Positions 33,437-44,028 of a stretch of DNA of 64,000 nt are shown here, piece after piece. The first letter of the stretch is position 1. Each line of letters starts with the position of its first letter. The stretch lies in NCBI RefSeq assembly GCF_050920415.1, contig NZ_CP169309.1, one strand, 5' to 3'. The DNA comes from Escherichia coli. Its GTDB lineage: Bacteria; Pseudomonadota; Gammaproteobacteria; Enterobacterales; Enterobacteriaceae. A program made the translations under genes and the position numbers. The notes beneath the pieces are model-generated. The model ran no database searches. It worked only from the letters and a program-made list of their open reading frames with translations, and had not been told where the DNA came from.

Positions 33437-33567
33437 CATTTTGTCCTCATTATACTTCCATTTTCGTGCTGCAAAGACTGCCACAATGTGAGGTCGCCGT
33501 CACCACTTCAACTGGCGAAAGCGCCCTCATCCTGACATAATCCCTGTTCAAATCAACAGGGGGTAGT

Positions 33568-35478
33568 GTGACGGACGATTTTGCACCAGATGGTCAGCTG
33601 GCGAAAGCAATACCAGGCTTTAAGCCGCGAGAACCACAGCGACAGATGGCGGTAGCCGTCACCCAGGCGATAGAAAAAAGCCAGCCGCTGGTGGTGGAAG
33701 CCGGAACCGGTACGGGCAAAACCTACGCTTACCTGGCCCCTGCGCTGCGGGCGAAAAAGAAAGTCATTATCTCGACCGGCTCAAAAGCGTTGCAGGATCA
33801 GCTCTACAGCCGCGATTTGCCAACGGTCTCAAAGGCGTTGAAATACACGGGCAACGTGGCGTTGCTGAAAGGGCGCTCAAACTATCTCTGCCTCGAACGA
33901 CTGGAACAGCAGGCGCTGGCGGGCGGCGATTTGCCGGTACAAATCTTAAGCGATGTGATCCTGCTGCGCTCCTGGTCCAATCAGACGGTAGATGGCGATA
34001 TCAGCACCTGCGTCAGCGTGGCGGAAGATTCGCAGGCGTGGCCGTTGGTCACCAGCACCAACGACAACTGTCTTGGCAGCGATTGCCCGATGTATAAAGA
34101 TTGCTTTGTGGTTAAAGCACGCAAAAAAGCGATGGACGCCGATGTGGTGGTGGTAAACCATCATCTGTTTCTGGCGGATATGGTGGTGAAAGAGAGTGGA
34201 TTTGGCGAACTGATCCCGGAAGCTGACGTGATGATCTTCGACGAAGCCCACCAACTGCCTGACATTGCCAGCCAGTATTTTGGTCAGTCATTCTCCAGTC
34301 GACAACTGCTCGACCTGGCAAAAGACATCACCATCGCCTACCGCACCGAATTAAAAGACACCCAGCAGTTACAAAAGTGCGCCGACCGCCTTGCCCAGAG
34401 CGCGCAGGATTTTCGCCTTCAATTAGGTGAGCCAGGTTATCGTGGCAACCTGCGCGAACTGTTAGCTAATCCGCAAATTCAGCGAGCATTTTTACTGCTC
34501 GATGACACCCTGGAACTTTGTTATGACGTGGCGAAACTGTCGCTGGGGCGTTCCGCCTTGCTGGATGCGGCATTTGAGCGCGCCACGTTGTATCGTACGC
34601 GGCTGAAACGGCTAAAAGAGATCAATCAGCCGGGCTACAGCTACTGGTACGAATGCACTTCGCGCCATTTTACTCTGGCACTCACGCCGCTCAGCGTGGC
34701 GGATAAATTCAAAGAATTAATGGCGCTAAAACCAGGTAGCTGGATCTTTACCTCAGCAACGCTGTCGGTGAATGACGATCTGCATCATTTTACCTCGCGG
34801 CTTGGCATTGAACAGGCAGAGTCGTTGCTGTTACCCAGCCCGTTTGATTACAGCCGCCAGGCGTTACTCTGTGTGCCGCGCAACCTGCCGCAAACCAATC
34901 AACCGGGCTCCGCACGGCAACTGGCGGCAATGTTGCGACCGATCATCGAAGCTAACAACGGTCGTTGTTTTATGCTTTGTACCTCGCACGCCATGATGCG
35001 CGATCTGGCCGAGCAGTTCCGCGCTACCATGACGCTTCCCGTTTTGTTGCAGGGGGAAACCAGCAAAGGGCAACTGTTGCAGCAATTTGTCAGCGCCGGT
35101 AACGCGCTGCTTGTGGCAACCAGCAGCTTCTGGGAAGGGGTGGATGTGCGTGGCGATACATTGTCATTGGTGATTATCGACAAGTTGCCGTTTACCTCAC
35201 CGGATGATCCACTATTAAAAGCGCGCATGGAAGATTGCCGTTTGCGCGGAGGCGACCCGTTCGATGAAGTACAGCTGCCGGATGCGGTCATTACTCTCAA
35301 GCAGGGGGTAGGGCGACTGATTCGCGACGCCGACGATCGAGGGGTTTTGGTGATTTGCGACAATCGGCTGGTGATGCGCCCTTACGGCGCGACGTTTCTC
35401 GCCAGTCTGCCGCCAGCGCCGCGCACCCGTGACATTGCCCGTGCGGTTCGTTTCCTTGCGATACCATCCTCCAGGTAA
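33568..35478 (+). CDS. yoaA: DinG-family ATP-dependent DNA helicase YoaA
   Basis: ORF 636 aa; Walker A AGTGTGKT, DEAH box (FDEAHQL), Fe-S cysteine cluster (CLGSDCPMYKDC). Confidence 0.9.
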   Translation: MTDDFAPDGQLAKAIPGFKPREPQRQMAVAVTQAIEKSQPLVVEAGTGTGKTYAYLAPALRAKKKVIISTGSKALQDQLYSRDLPTVSKALKYTGNVALLKGRSNYLCLERLEQQALAGGDLPVQILSDVILLRSWSNQTVDGDISTCVSVAEDSQAWPLVTSTNDNCLGSDCPMYKDCFVVKARKKAMDADVVVVNHHLFLADMVVKESGFGELIPEADVMIFDEAHQLPDIASQYFGQSFSSRQLLDLAKDITIAYRTELKDTQQLQKCADRLAQSAQDFRLQLGEPGYRGNLRELLANPQIQRAFLLLDDTLELCYDVAKLSLGRSALLDAAFERATLYRTRLKRLKEINQPGYSYWYECTSRHFTLALTPLSVADKFKELMALKPGSWIFTSATLSVNDDLHHFTSRLGIEQAESLLLPSPFDYSRQALLCVPRNLPQTNQPGSARQLAAMLRPIIEANNGRCFMLCTSHAMMRDLAEQFRATMTLPVLLQGETSKGQLLQQFVSAGNALLVATSSFWEGVDVRGDTLSLVIIDKLPFTSPDDPLLKARMEDCRLRGGDPFDEVQLPDAVITLKQGVGRLIRDADDRGVLVICDNRLVMRPYGATFLASLPPAPRTRDIARAVRFLAIPSSR

Positions 35479-35535
35479 TTTGTGATGGAGTATGGTATGA
35501 TGCGCGCCTTTTTATTGATCTAAGCACGAAGACCC

Positions 35536-36231
35536 ATGCGAATTCTGGCTATCGATACCGCGACAGAGGCCTGCTCTGTCGCCCTGTGGAACGACGGTAC
35601 TGTCAACGCTCATTTTGAGCTTTGCCCTCGTGAACATACTCAACGAATCTTACCGATGGTGCAGGATATCCTGACCACCAGCGGAACTTCCCTGACGGAC
35701 ATAAATGCTCTGGCTTACGGGCGCGGCCCCGGTAGCTTTACCGGCGTGCGCATTGGTATTGGCATTGCGCAAGGGCTGGCGCTTGGCGCGGAATTACCGA
35801 TGATTGGCGTCTCCACGCTAATGACGATGGCGCAAGGGGCGTGGCGCAAAAACGGCGCAACCCGCGTGCTGGCAGCCATTGACGCGCGAATGGGCGAAGT
35901 TTACTGGGCCGAATATCAGCGTGATGAAAATGGTATCTGGCACGGTGAAGAAACCGAAGCCGTACTCAAACCTGAACTCGTTCATGAACGGATGCAACAG
36001 CTTTCCGGCGAATGGGTGACGGTAGGGACGGGCTGGCAAGCCTGGCCGGATCTCGGTAAAGAGAACGGTTTGGCCCTGCGCGATGGCGAAGTGTTACTGC
36101 CCGCTGCAGAAGATATGCTGCCGATTGCTTGTCAGATGTTTGCCGAGGGTAAAACGGTGGCGGTGGAACATGCCGAACCGGTTTATTTACGTAACAACGT
36201 CGCATGGAAGAAACTTCCGGGCAAAGAATGA
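35536..36231 (+). CDS. tsaB: tRNA t6A37 biosynthesis protein TsaB
   Basis: ORF 231 aa [17 protein letters not shown]... Confidence 0.95.
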   Translation: MRILAIDTATEACSVALWNDGTVNAHFELCPREHTQRILPMVQDILTTSGTSLTDINALAYGRGPGSFTGVRIGIGIAQGLALGAELPMIGVSTLMTMAQGAWRKNGATRVLAAIDARMGEVYWAEYQRDENGIWHGEETEAVLKPELVHERMQQLSGEWVTVGTGWQAWPDLGKENGLALRDGEVLLPAAEDMLPIACQMFAEGKTVAVEHAEPVYLRNNVAWKKLPGKE

Positions 36232-36269
36232 ATCTTAAGAGTATGCCCTGAGAAAAAAGGAGTCGCATC

Positions 36270-36851
36270 ATGGCGGTTCAAAAGAATGTTATCAAAGGCA
36301 TACTGGCAGGTACGTTTGCGCTAATGCTGAGCGGTTGTGTTACTGTGCCGGATGCCATTAAAGGCAGCAGTCCCACGCCGCAACAAGATTTAGTTCGGGT
36401 GATGAGTGCGCCGCAGCTGTACGTTGGTCAGGAGGCACGCTTTGGCGGCAAAGTGGTTGCGGTACAAAACCAGCAAGGGAAAACCCGCCTGGAAATTGCT
36501 ACCGTACCGCTCGACAGCGGAGCCAGACCAACTTTGGGAGAACCTTCTCGCGGTCGCATTTATGCCGATGTGAACGGTTTTCTGGATCCGGTAGATTTTC
36601 GTGGACAATTGGTCACGGTAGTTGGACCAATCACCGGTGCGGTTGACGGCAAAATCGGCAACACGCCCTATAAATTTATGGTGATGCAGGTAACGGGTTA
36701 CAAACGTTGGCATTTAACCCAGCAGGTGATTATGCCGCCTCAGCCGATTGATCCATGGTTTTATGGCGGTCGTGGCTGGCCCTATGGCTACGGTGGATGG
36801 GGCTGGTATAATCCCGGCCCCGCGAGAGTACAAACTGTTGTAACTGAATAA
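36270..36851 (+). CDS. yeaY: Slp-family outer membrane lipoprotein YeaY
   Basis: ORF 193 aa with lipobox LSGC. Confidence 0.85.
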
Positions 36852-36872
36852 TTGCTTGTTTTTAAAGAAAAA

Positions 36873-36897
36873 GAAACAGCGGCTGGTCCGCTGTTTC
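36873..36897 (+). terminator. candidate terminator of yeaY
   Basis: stem GAAACAGCGG / CCGCTGTTTC; weak T-tract. Confidence 0.5.
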
Positions 36898-36966
36898 TGC
36901 ATTCTTACGGTAAAGATAAAAATAAATAGTGACGCGCTTCGCAACCTTTTCGTTGGGTAATCATCA

Positions 36967-36983
36967 AGCTGGTATGATGAGTT
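36967..36983. promoter_or_regulatory. candidate FadR operator upstream of fadD
   Basis: AGCTGGTATGATGAGTT resembles FadR consensus (ANCTGGTCNGACCTGTT), ~75 nt upstream of fadD start. Confidence 0.5.
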
Positions 36984-37055
36984 AATATTATGTTAACGGC
37001 ATGTATATCATTTGGGGTTGCGATGACGACGAACACGCATTTTAGAGGTGAAGAA

Positions 37056-38741
37056 TTGAAGAAGGTTTGGCTTAACCGTTATCCCGCGGACGTTCCGACG
37101 GAGATCAACCCTGACCGTTATCAATCTCTGGTAGATATGTTTGAGCAGTCGGTCGCGCGCTACGCCGATCAACCCGCGTTTGTGAATATGGGGGAGGTGA
37201 TGACCTTCCGCAAACTGGAAGAACGCAGTCGCGCGTTTGCCGCTTATTTGCAACAAGGGTTGGGACTGAAGAAAGGCGATCGCGTTGCGTTGATGATGCC
37301 TAATTTATTGCAATATCCGGTGGCGCTGTTTGGCATTTTGCGTGCCGGGATGATTGTCGTAAACGTTAACCCGTTGTATACCCCGCGTGAACTTGAGCAT
37401 CAGCTTAACGATAGCGGCGCATCGGCGATTGTTATCGTGTCTAACTTTGCCCACACTCTGGAAAAAGTGGTTGATAAAACCGCCGTTCAGCACGTAATTC
37501 TGACCCGTATGGGCGATCAGCTATCTACGGCAAAAGGCACGGTAGTCAATTTCGTTGTTAAATACATCAAGCGTCTGGTGCCGAAATACCATCTGCCAGA
37601 TGCCATCTCATTTCGTAGCGCCCTGCACAACGGCTACCGGATGCAGTACGTCAAACCCGAACTGGTGCCGGAAGATTTAGCTTTCCTGCAATACACCGGC
37701 GGTACCACTGGTGTGGCGAAAGGCGCGATGCTGACTCACCGCAATATGCTGGCGAACCTGGAACAGGTTAACGCGACTTATGGGCCGCTGTTGCATCCGG
37801 GCAAAGAGCTGGTGGTGACGGCGCTGCCGCTGTATCACATTTTTGCACTGACCATTAACTGCCTGCTGTTTATTGAACTGGGTGGGCAGAACTTGCTTAT
37901 CACTAACCCGCGCGATATTCCGGGGTTGGTAAAAGAGTTAGCGAAATATCCGTTTACCGCGATAACCGGCGTTAACACCTTGTTCAATGCGTTGCTGAAC
38001 AATAAAGAGTTCCAGCAGCTGGATTTCTCCAGTCTGCATCTTTCTGCAGGCGGTGGTATGCCTGTTCAACAAGTGGTGGCTGAACGTTGGGTGAAACTGA
38101 CCGGACAGTATCTGCTGGAAGGTTATGGCCTGACCGAGTGTGCGCCGCTGGTCAGCGTTAACCCGTATGATATTGATTATCATAGTGGTAGCATCGGTTT
38201 GCCGGTGCCGTCGACGGAAGCCAAACTGGTGGATGATGATGATAACGAAGTACCACCGGGTCAACCGGGTGAGCTTTGTGTCAAAGGACCGCAGGTGATG
38301 CTGGGCTACTGGCAGCGTCCGGATGCCACTGATGAAATCATCAAAAACGGTTGGCTACACACTGGCGACATTGCCGTAATGGACGAAGAAGGTTTCTTAC
38401 GCATCGTTGATCGCAAAAAAGACATGATTCTGGTTTCCGGTTTTAACGTCTATCCCAACGAGATTGAAGATGTCGTCATGCAGCATCCTGGCGTACAGGA
38501 AGTCGCGGCTGTTGGCGTACCTTCCGGCTCAAGTGGTGAAGCGGTGAAAATCTTCGTTGTGAAAAAAGATCCATCGCTTACCGAAGAGTCACTGGTGACT
38601 TTTTGCCGCCGTCAGCTCACGGGCTACAAAGTACCGAAGCTGGTGGAGTTTCGTGATGAGTTACCGAAATCTAACGTCGGAAAAATTTTGCGACGAGAAT
38701 TACGTGACGAAGCGCGCGGCAAAGTGGACAATAAAGCCTGA
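37056..38741 (+). CDS. fadD: long-chain fatty acid-CoA ligase
   Basis: ORF 36990..38741; known TTG start at 37056 giving (M)[15 protein letters not shown]..., 561 aa; AMP-binding motif [16 protein letters not shown]. Confidence 0.95.
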
Positions 38742-38760
38742 GCGTTAAGTCAGTCGTCAG

Positions 38761-38787
38761 ACGCCGGTTAATCCGGCGTTTTTTTTG
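38761..38787 (+). terminator. intrinsic terminator of fadD
   Basis: stem ACGCCGG / CCGGCGT, loop TTAAT, followed by TTTTTTTT. Confidence 0.85.
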
Positions 38788-38810
38788 ACGCCCACTAAAG
38801 AGAATACAAT

Positions 38811-39938
38811 TTGAATTACCAAATGATTACCACGGACGATGCGCTGGCTTCTTTGTGTGAAGCTGTCCGTGCCTTTCCGGCGATAGCCCTGGATACTGAA
38901 TTTGTTCGTACGCGCACCTATTACCCGCAGCTGGGTCTAATTCAACTTTTCGATGGCGAGCATCTGGCGCTAATTGATCCTCTCGTGATCACCGACTGGT
39001 CACCGCTGAAAGCGATCCTGCGCGATCCGTCCATCACAAAATTTCTCCATGCAGGCAGTGAAGATCTGGAAGTGTTCCTCAATGTCTTTGGCGAATTACC
39101 ACAACCCCTGATTGACACGCAAATCCTTGCTGCCTTCTGCGGACGCCCGATGTCATGGGGTTTTGCTTCCATGGTGGAAGAGTATTCCGGCGTTACGCTG
39201 GACAAGAGTGAATCGCGCACCGACTGGCTGGCCAGACCGCTGACTGAACGTCAGTGTGAATACGCAGCGGCGGATGTCTGGTATCTGTTACCGATCACCG
39301 CAAAGCTTATGGTAGAAACGGAGGCCTCCGGCTGGCTACCTGCGGCGCTGGATGAATGCCGCCTGATGCAAATGCGTCGTCAGGAAGTCGTTGCGCCGGA
39401 AGATGCCTGGCGTGATATCACCAATGCCTGGCAGTTACGCACACGCCAACTGGCCTGTCTGCAACTGTTAGCCGATTGGCGACTGCGTAAGGCGCGGGAG
39501 CGCGATCTGGCGGTGAACTTTGTCGTGCGTGAAGAGCATTTGTGGTCGGTAGCGCGTTATATGCCGGGAAGTTTAGGCGAACTGGACAGCCTGGGCTTAT
39601 CCGGTAGCGAAATCCGCTTTCACGGTAAAACGCTGCTGGCGCTGGTGGAAAAAGCGCAGACATTGCCGGAAGAGGCCTTACCGCAGCCGATGCTTAACCT
39701 GATGGACATGCCGGGTTATCGTAAAGCGTTTAAAGCGATTAAGTCGCTGATTACTGACGTGAGCGAAACACACAAGATCAGCGTCGAATTGCTGGCATCG
39801 CGTCGGCAAATCAACCAGCTGCTGAACTGGCACTGGAAACTGAAACCGCAGAACAATTTGCCGGAGCTGATTTCCGGCTGGCGTGGTGAGCTGATGGCGG
39901 AAGCATTACACAATTTATTGCAGGAATATCCACAGTAA
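38811..39938 (+). CDS. rnd: ribonuclease D
   Basis: ORF 375 aa; codon at 38811 is TTG (known UUG start of RNase D); DEDDy exonuclease plus HRDC domains. Confidence 0.95.
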   Translation: MNYQMITTDDALASLCEAVRAFPAIALDTEFVRTRTYYPQLGLIQLFDGEHLALIDPLVITDWSPLKAILRDPSITKFLHAGSEDLEVFLNVFGELPQPLIDTQILAAFCGRPMSWGFASMVEEYSGVTLDKSESRTDWLARPLTERQCEYAAADVWYLLPITAKLMVETEASGWLPAALDECRLMQMRRQEVVAPEDAWRDITNAWQLRTRQLACLQLLADWRLRKARERDLAVNFVVREEHLWSVARYMPGSLGELDSLGLSGSEIRFHGKTLLALVEKAQTLPEEALPQPMLNLMDMPGYRKAFKAIKSLITDVSETHKISVELLASRRQINQLLNWHWKLKPQNNLPELISGWRGELMAEALHNLLQEYPQ

Positions 39939-39944
39939 AATCTT

Positions 39945-39987
39945 CCGAAGCCGGACTGGGCGCGCTCAGCGCCACATCCGGCTTCGG
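39945..39987. repeat. REP-like palindromic hairpin between rnd and yeaX
   Basis: 11-bp perfect inverted repeat CCGAAGCCGGA...TCCGGCTTCGG with GC-rich 21-nt loop; no clear T-run. Confidence 0.5.
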
Positions 39988-39991
39988 CAAA

Positions 39992-40957
39992 CTACAAATC
40001 CAACACCAGGCGTTTACCCTTCGCGCGTGAACAACAGATCAACATACTTTGCTGGCTGGCACGCTCTTCATCGCTAAAATACTGATCCCGATGGTCAGCT
40101 TCACCTTCCAGTATTGCCGTTTCGCAGGTTCCGCATACCCCTTCACGACATAAACATTCCACTTTCGCTGCTTTATTATTTTCAATAACCTGCAAAATAG
40201 TCATCTCTTCCGGCACCACAAACTCTTTACCGGAACGGGCAAGCACCAGCGTAAATGCATCGCCGGTTTTGTCTTCGATAGCAAATTGCTCAAAGTGCAG
40301 CGTATCGGTGACGATGTCCAGACGCCCAGCTTCACTTCTTACCGCCTCATTTAGCGCCTCGGGGCCACAGGTATAAACATGTGTGCCAGGTTCGATATCC
40401 GCCAATAATCGCGCTAATTCCAGTCGTGTTCCGGTTGATGAATGATGCAAATGGACTTTCTCGGCCTGCGGATGCTGGACTAGCTCATCACGAAATGCGC
40501 AACTTTCTGGATTTCGCGAGCAGTAATGTAACTGCCAGTCGACGTCGCTGTATTGCAACTCTGCCATGTGCGACAGGAAAGGGGTGATACCAATACCGCC
40601 CGCGATAAACAGATGCTTTCTGGCCGAGGGAATTAGCGCAAACAGGTTATTCGGCGTTGAAATCGTTAACCGATCGCCAGCCTTCACTTTCTGATGTAAA
40701 AAACGCGAACCACCGCGCGAATTTTCTTCCAGTCGAACGGCAATCTGATAACGAGACGTATCGAGTGGCGAACTCAGCAGTGAGTACGCATTGCTGTACT
40801 GGTTATCACCATCGGCCATCTGCACAATGATGTGACTTCCGCCGTTGAACGCAGGCAGCGGTTTGCCCTCAGTTGCCACCAGCGTGAAGCGTTTCACCTG
40901 TTCGGTAAGCGGTTCAACCTGGCTCACCTGTACTTCAAACATTTGGTAGTTTGACAT
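39992..40957 (-). CDS. yeaX: carnitine monooxygenase reductase subunit (FMN/2Fe-2S oxidoreductase)
   Basis: ORF 321 aa; plant-type ferredoxin Cys motif CREGVCGTCE near C-terminus. Confidence 0.9.
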   Translation of the reverse strand: MSNYQMFEVQVSQVEPLTEQVKRFTLVATEGKPLPAFNGGSHIIVQMADGDNQYSNAYSLLSSPLDTSRYQIAVRLEENSRGGSRFLHQKVKAGDRLTISTPNNLFALIPSARKHLFIAGGIGITPFLSHMAELQYSDVDWQLHYCSRNPESCAFRDELVQHPQAEKVHLHHSSTGTRLELARLLADIEPGTHVYTCGPEALNEAVRSEAGRLDIVTDTLHFEQFAIEDKTGDAFTLVLARSGKEFVVPEEMTILQVIENNKAAKVECLCREGVCGTCETAILEGEADHRDQYFSDEERASQQSMLICCSRAKGKRLVLDL

Positions 40958-41012
40958 TGCTGTACTCCATCAAAAATCAGCCCGGCGGCGGAAAATACCG
41001 CCGCCGATGTCA

Positions 41013-42137
41013 TTAGTCCTTAAACACCTGCGCCAGCAGATTATGGAAATGGGCGATACCGTGTTCGGAAATTCCGCTACCGCTACTGTCGGCCATGATG
41101 CGCCCCTGACCACGATAGCCACGCGATTTCAGCCCTTTCTGTACGCTTTCAACCAGACGTAAATCTTCCGGACGGAACACGTCGCGATACCACTCAATCA
41201 GTGATTTTTGCTCGTCGGTTAACTCTTCATTGGTGAAGTAAATATCGTAGTTTTGCAGGGTAGTTTCAGAATCCACCGGGAATTCATAAATGACCGTCAT
41301 CATCCCTTTGATAGGCGTAACGTTCAGCATTGTGCACGGCCACAGCCAGAAACCGTGGAATGCCGCATCCGTACCCTCTTCAAATTTGAAAGACTGTTCG
41401 GACGGTTTGGCGAAACCGTATTGCAGCGTCCAGTTACCGTGCATGGTGTGCCAGTAACGATCAACCTGAACGGAGTCGGAGAAACCTGGATGCACCGGAC
41501 CACAGTGATAGCACTCGAGATAGTTATCGACAATGTTCTTCCAGTTGGCAGGCGTGCGGGTGGTAAAACGGGCCGCCAGTTTCAGGTCATGGACTTCCGG
41601 GCAGGCTTCCAGCACTTTCTCTCCCAGACCGGGTAACTGATCTTCTACGCTGGTGGCGTTGGGGTCCATGTTGATGAAGACGAATCCGGCATATTCTTCC
41701 AGACGCACCGGAACCAGTTGCGCTTTGTCACTATCGAAATTGGCGACGTTTTCGCAGTTACGCGCATGGGCCAGGTTGCCATCGAGTTTGAATGCCCAGG
41801 CGTGATACGGACAGGTAATTACATTTTTCGCTTTCCCTTCGCCGCTCAATAACTGATGACCACGGTGTGGACAAACGTTATAGAACGCGCGCAAAACCTT
41901 ATCACGACCGCGTACCAGCACGATGCTTTCACCAATGATCTCACGGGTCACGTAATCATTGGCATTCGCCAGTTCGCTGCTGTGAGCGACACAAATCCAG
42001 CTTTTGGCGAAGACGTTCTCTTTTTCGTGTTCAAAGGCATTCTGATCAGTATAAAAACGGGCAGGAATGGTCCACGCCTCTTGCGGGTTAGCGCAAAAAT
42101 TTTCGGGTAGTACAAAGTCAGGGCTCAGATTGCTCAT
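41013..42137 (-). CDS. yeaW: carnitine monooxygenase oxygenase subunit (Rieske)
   Basis: ORF 41013..42257; start at MSNLSPDFVLPENF... gives 374 aa; Rieske motif CPHRGH...CPYHAW. Confidence 0.9.
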   Translation of the reverse strand: MSNLSPDFVLPENFCANPQEAWTIPARFYTDQNAFEHEKENVFAKSWICVAHSSELANANDYVTREIIGESIVLVRGRDKVLRAFYNVCPHRGHQLLSGEGKAKNVITCPYHAWAFKLDGNLAHARNCENVANFDSDKAQLVPVRLEEYAGFVFINMDPNATSVEDQLPGLGEKVLEACPEVHDLKLAARFTTRTPANWKNIVDNYLECYHCGPVHPGFSDSVQVDRYWHTMHGNWTLQYGFAKPSEQSFKFEEGTDAAFHGFWLWPCTMLNVTPIKGMMTVIYEFPVDSETTLQNYDIYFTNEELTDEQKSLIEWYRDVFRPEDLRLVESVQKGLKSRGYRGQGRIMADSSGSGISEHGIAHFHNLLAQVFKD

Positions 42138-42168
42138 AGGGATACCTTTATCGTTAGGATGATGGCGT

Positions 42169-43779
42169 TCAGTTGTCGCCTTTGAATACGGTTCCAGCAG
42201 GAAGCACTGGCGCTTTTCCCGGGGCTTCAACCGGTGTCTGCGGGAGATAATGTTCAACTTGATGAGCTGGAATGTCGGCGTAATCCTGTTTCAGCCAGCG
42301 AATAAATCCGCCGACTTTCACCAGTAAAATGGCGAGGAAGGGAAGGGCAGTGAGGACGACGGTAGTTTTCATTGTTTCCAGCGAAGCACCGGTAAACAAG
42401 ATGGAAAGCGGGATCAGAGTGATCACTACGCACCAGAACAGACGCAGCCCACGGTCAGGATCGTCACCTTCCTGGAGATTACGCGTGCTGGTCGCCGCCA
42501 TGGTGTAAGCCACCGCATCCATATGCGAGGCGAGGAAGATAATCATCACGCCCAGGTATGCGGCGAGGAACAATTTACCGGCTGGCAACGACATCAGAAC
42601 TTGCTGCACAGCTGTTTCGCCGCCCAGTGTTTCCAGCACCTGTGGGACGTTGATTACGCCATTGATAAACTGATGAATGGCATAGCTTTCCATTACACCG
42701 AAGAAGAACCAGCAACCGACAGTGCTGCCGAGGATCAGTCCCCAGATAACTTCTTTAATCTTTCGACCGCGCGAAACGCGGGTGACAAACATTGCTACGC
42801 CAGGGGTGTATGAGATCCACCACAGCCAGTAGAAAACGGTCCAGTTGCGGGTAAATGAACCATCGCCAAGCGGATCGGTGAATAAGCTCATTTGCAGGAA
42901 GTTTTGCGTGGTCAGGCCGATGGCATTGATGATGCTGTTGGTAATAAATTCGGTTGGACCGACAATCAGCACCAGTAATGGCAGCAGGAATGCGCCCCAG
43001 CCAACCATTTTGCTTAGACGTTGCAAACCGTTGTTGATACCAATCCACGAGCTTAGGCAAAAAATGCCGCCGGAAAGCAGGATCACAAATGCCTGTACGG
43101 TAAAGTTATCGGGTAAACCGGTCAGCGCGGAAAGCCCACGGGTAAAGGTTGCTGCGGTGACAACAAGGGAAATGGTCAGTGCGCCGACAGTGGCGATCAG
43201 GAACATCAAATCGACCAGTTTCCCCCACGGGCCTTGCGGGCGAACGCCGGTAATAGCAGCAATAATGCCGGAAAGGCTCAGCCCTTTATTTTTCCGCACA
43301 TGAAAGTGATAAGCCATGATTAATGAGGCCAGCGTATAAGTTGCCCAGGCGCTGATGCCCCAGTGGAAGAAGGAGTAGGGAACGCTAAATTCGAGTGCCT
43401 GTTGTGAACGCGGTGCGATATTTAATCCAGGCGTTTGATAATAATAGGCCCATTCAGCAACCCCCCAATAAAGCGTAGAAGAACCTAAACCTGCACAAAT
43501 AAACATAAACAGCCAGGAGAGCGTGCTGTATTCCGGTTTTCCTTCGCCAAGACGAATATTGCCGTATTTACTGGTGGCTAAATAAATCACCAGTCCCATT
43601 GCCAGCAAAACCAATACCTGTACGGCGGAACCTAACGTACGCGTGACAAAAGTGTATATAGCGTTTGCCGCGTCGGCCGATTGTTGTGGGAAAAGGCTTA
43701 ATGCAGCTGCGATGAAAAGAATGGCCACCAGGCTGATGCTTATCAACGGCACATCTTTTTTCTTAACATTGCTCATCAT
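42169..43779 (-). CDS. yeaV: BCCT-family transporter
   Basis: ORF 536 aa with AGGAG RBS 7 nt upstream of ATG at 43779; K-12 annotation as recalled is shorter, so start uncertain. Confidence 0.85.
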   Translation of the reverse strand: MMSNVKKKDVPLISISLVAILFIAAALSLFPQQSADAANAIYTFVTRTLGSAVQVLVLLAMGLVIYLATSKYGNIRLGEGKPEYSTLSWLFMFICAGLGSSTLYWGVAEWAYYYQTPGLNIAPRSQQALEFSVPYSFFHWGISAWATYTLASLIMAYHFHVRKNKGLSLSGIIAAITGVRPQGPWGKLVDLMFLIATVGALTISLVVTAATFTRGLSALTGLPDNFTVQAFVILLSGGIFCLSSWIGINNGLQRLSKMVGWGAFLLPLLVLIVGPTEFITNSIINAIGLTTQNFLQMSLFTDPLGDGSFTRNWTVFYWLWWISYTPGVAMFVTRVSRGRKIKEVIWGLILGSTVGCWFFFGVMESYAIHQFINGVINVPQVLETLGGETAVQQVLMSLPAGKLFLAAYLGVMIIFLASHMDAVAYTMAATSTRNLQEGDDPDRGLRLFWCVVITLIPLSILFTGASLETMKTTVVLTALPFLAILLVKVGGFIRWLKQDYADIPAHQVEHYLPQTPVEAPGKAPVLPAGTVFKGDN

Positions 43780-43982
43780 GAGTCATCTCCTGGGCATAAA
43801 AGCCCGCCTCTGGCTTTTGCCAGTTGTAATTATTTGCAGGGTATGAGTTGTATGTTGTGTTTAACAAATTGATTATTTACATGTTACATAAATTAAACAA
43901 TTAAGAATACGGAAAGCCATAAAACACGAAACGGAAACAATAAAAGGTGAAATGACGCAGGTTATTTACTGCAAAGAACGAA

Positions 43983-44010
43983 TAAAAAAACCGCGTCAGT
44001 GACGCGGTTC
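43983..44010 (-). terminator. intrinsic terminator after dmlA
   Basis: minus-strand hairpin ACCGCGTC-ACT-GACGCGGT followed by TTTTTTT. Confidence 0.8.
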
Positions 44011-44028
44011 AAATAAACTGGTTTGACC

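Noticed and set aside
34899-35363. 154-aa minus-strand ORF
   Set aside because: Antisense within yoaA helicase coding sequence.
43861-43910. Apparent inverted repeat around ACATGT in the yeaV promoter region
   Set aside because: On checking, the arms are not reverse complements beyond the central hexamer; treated as AT-rich promoter DNA only.
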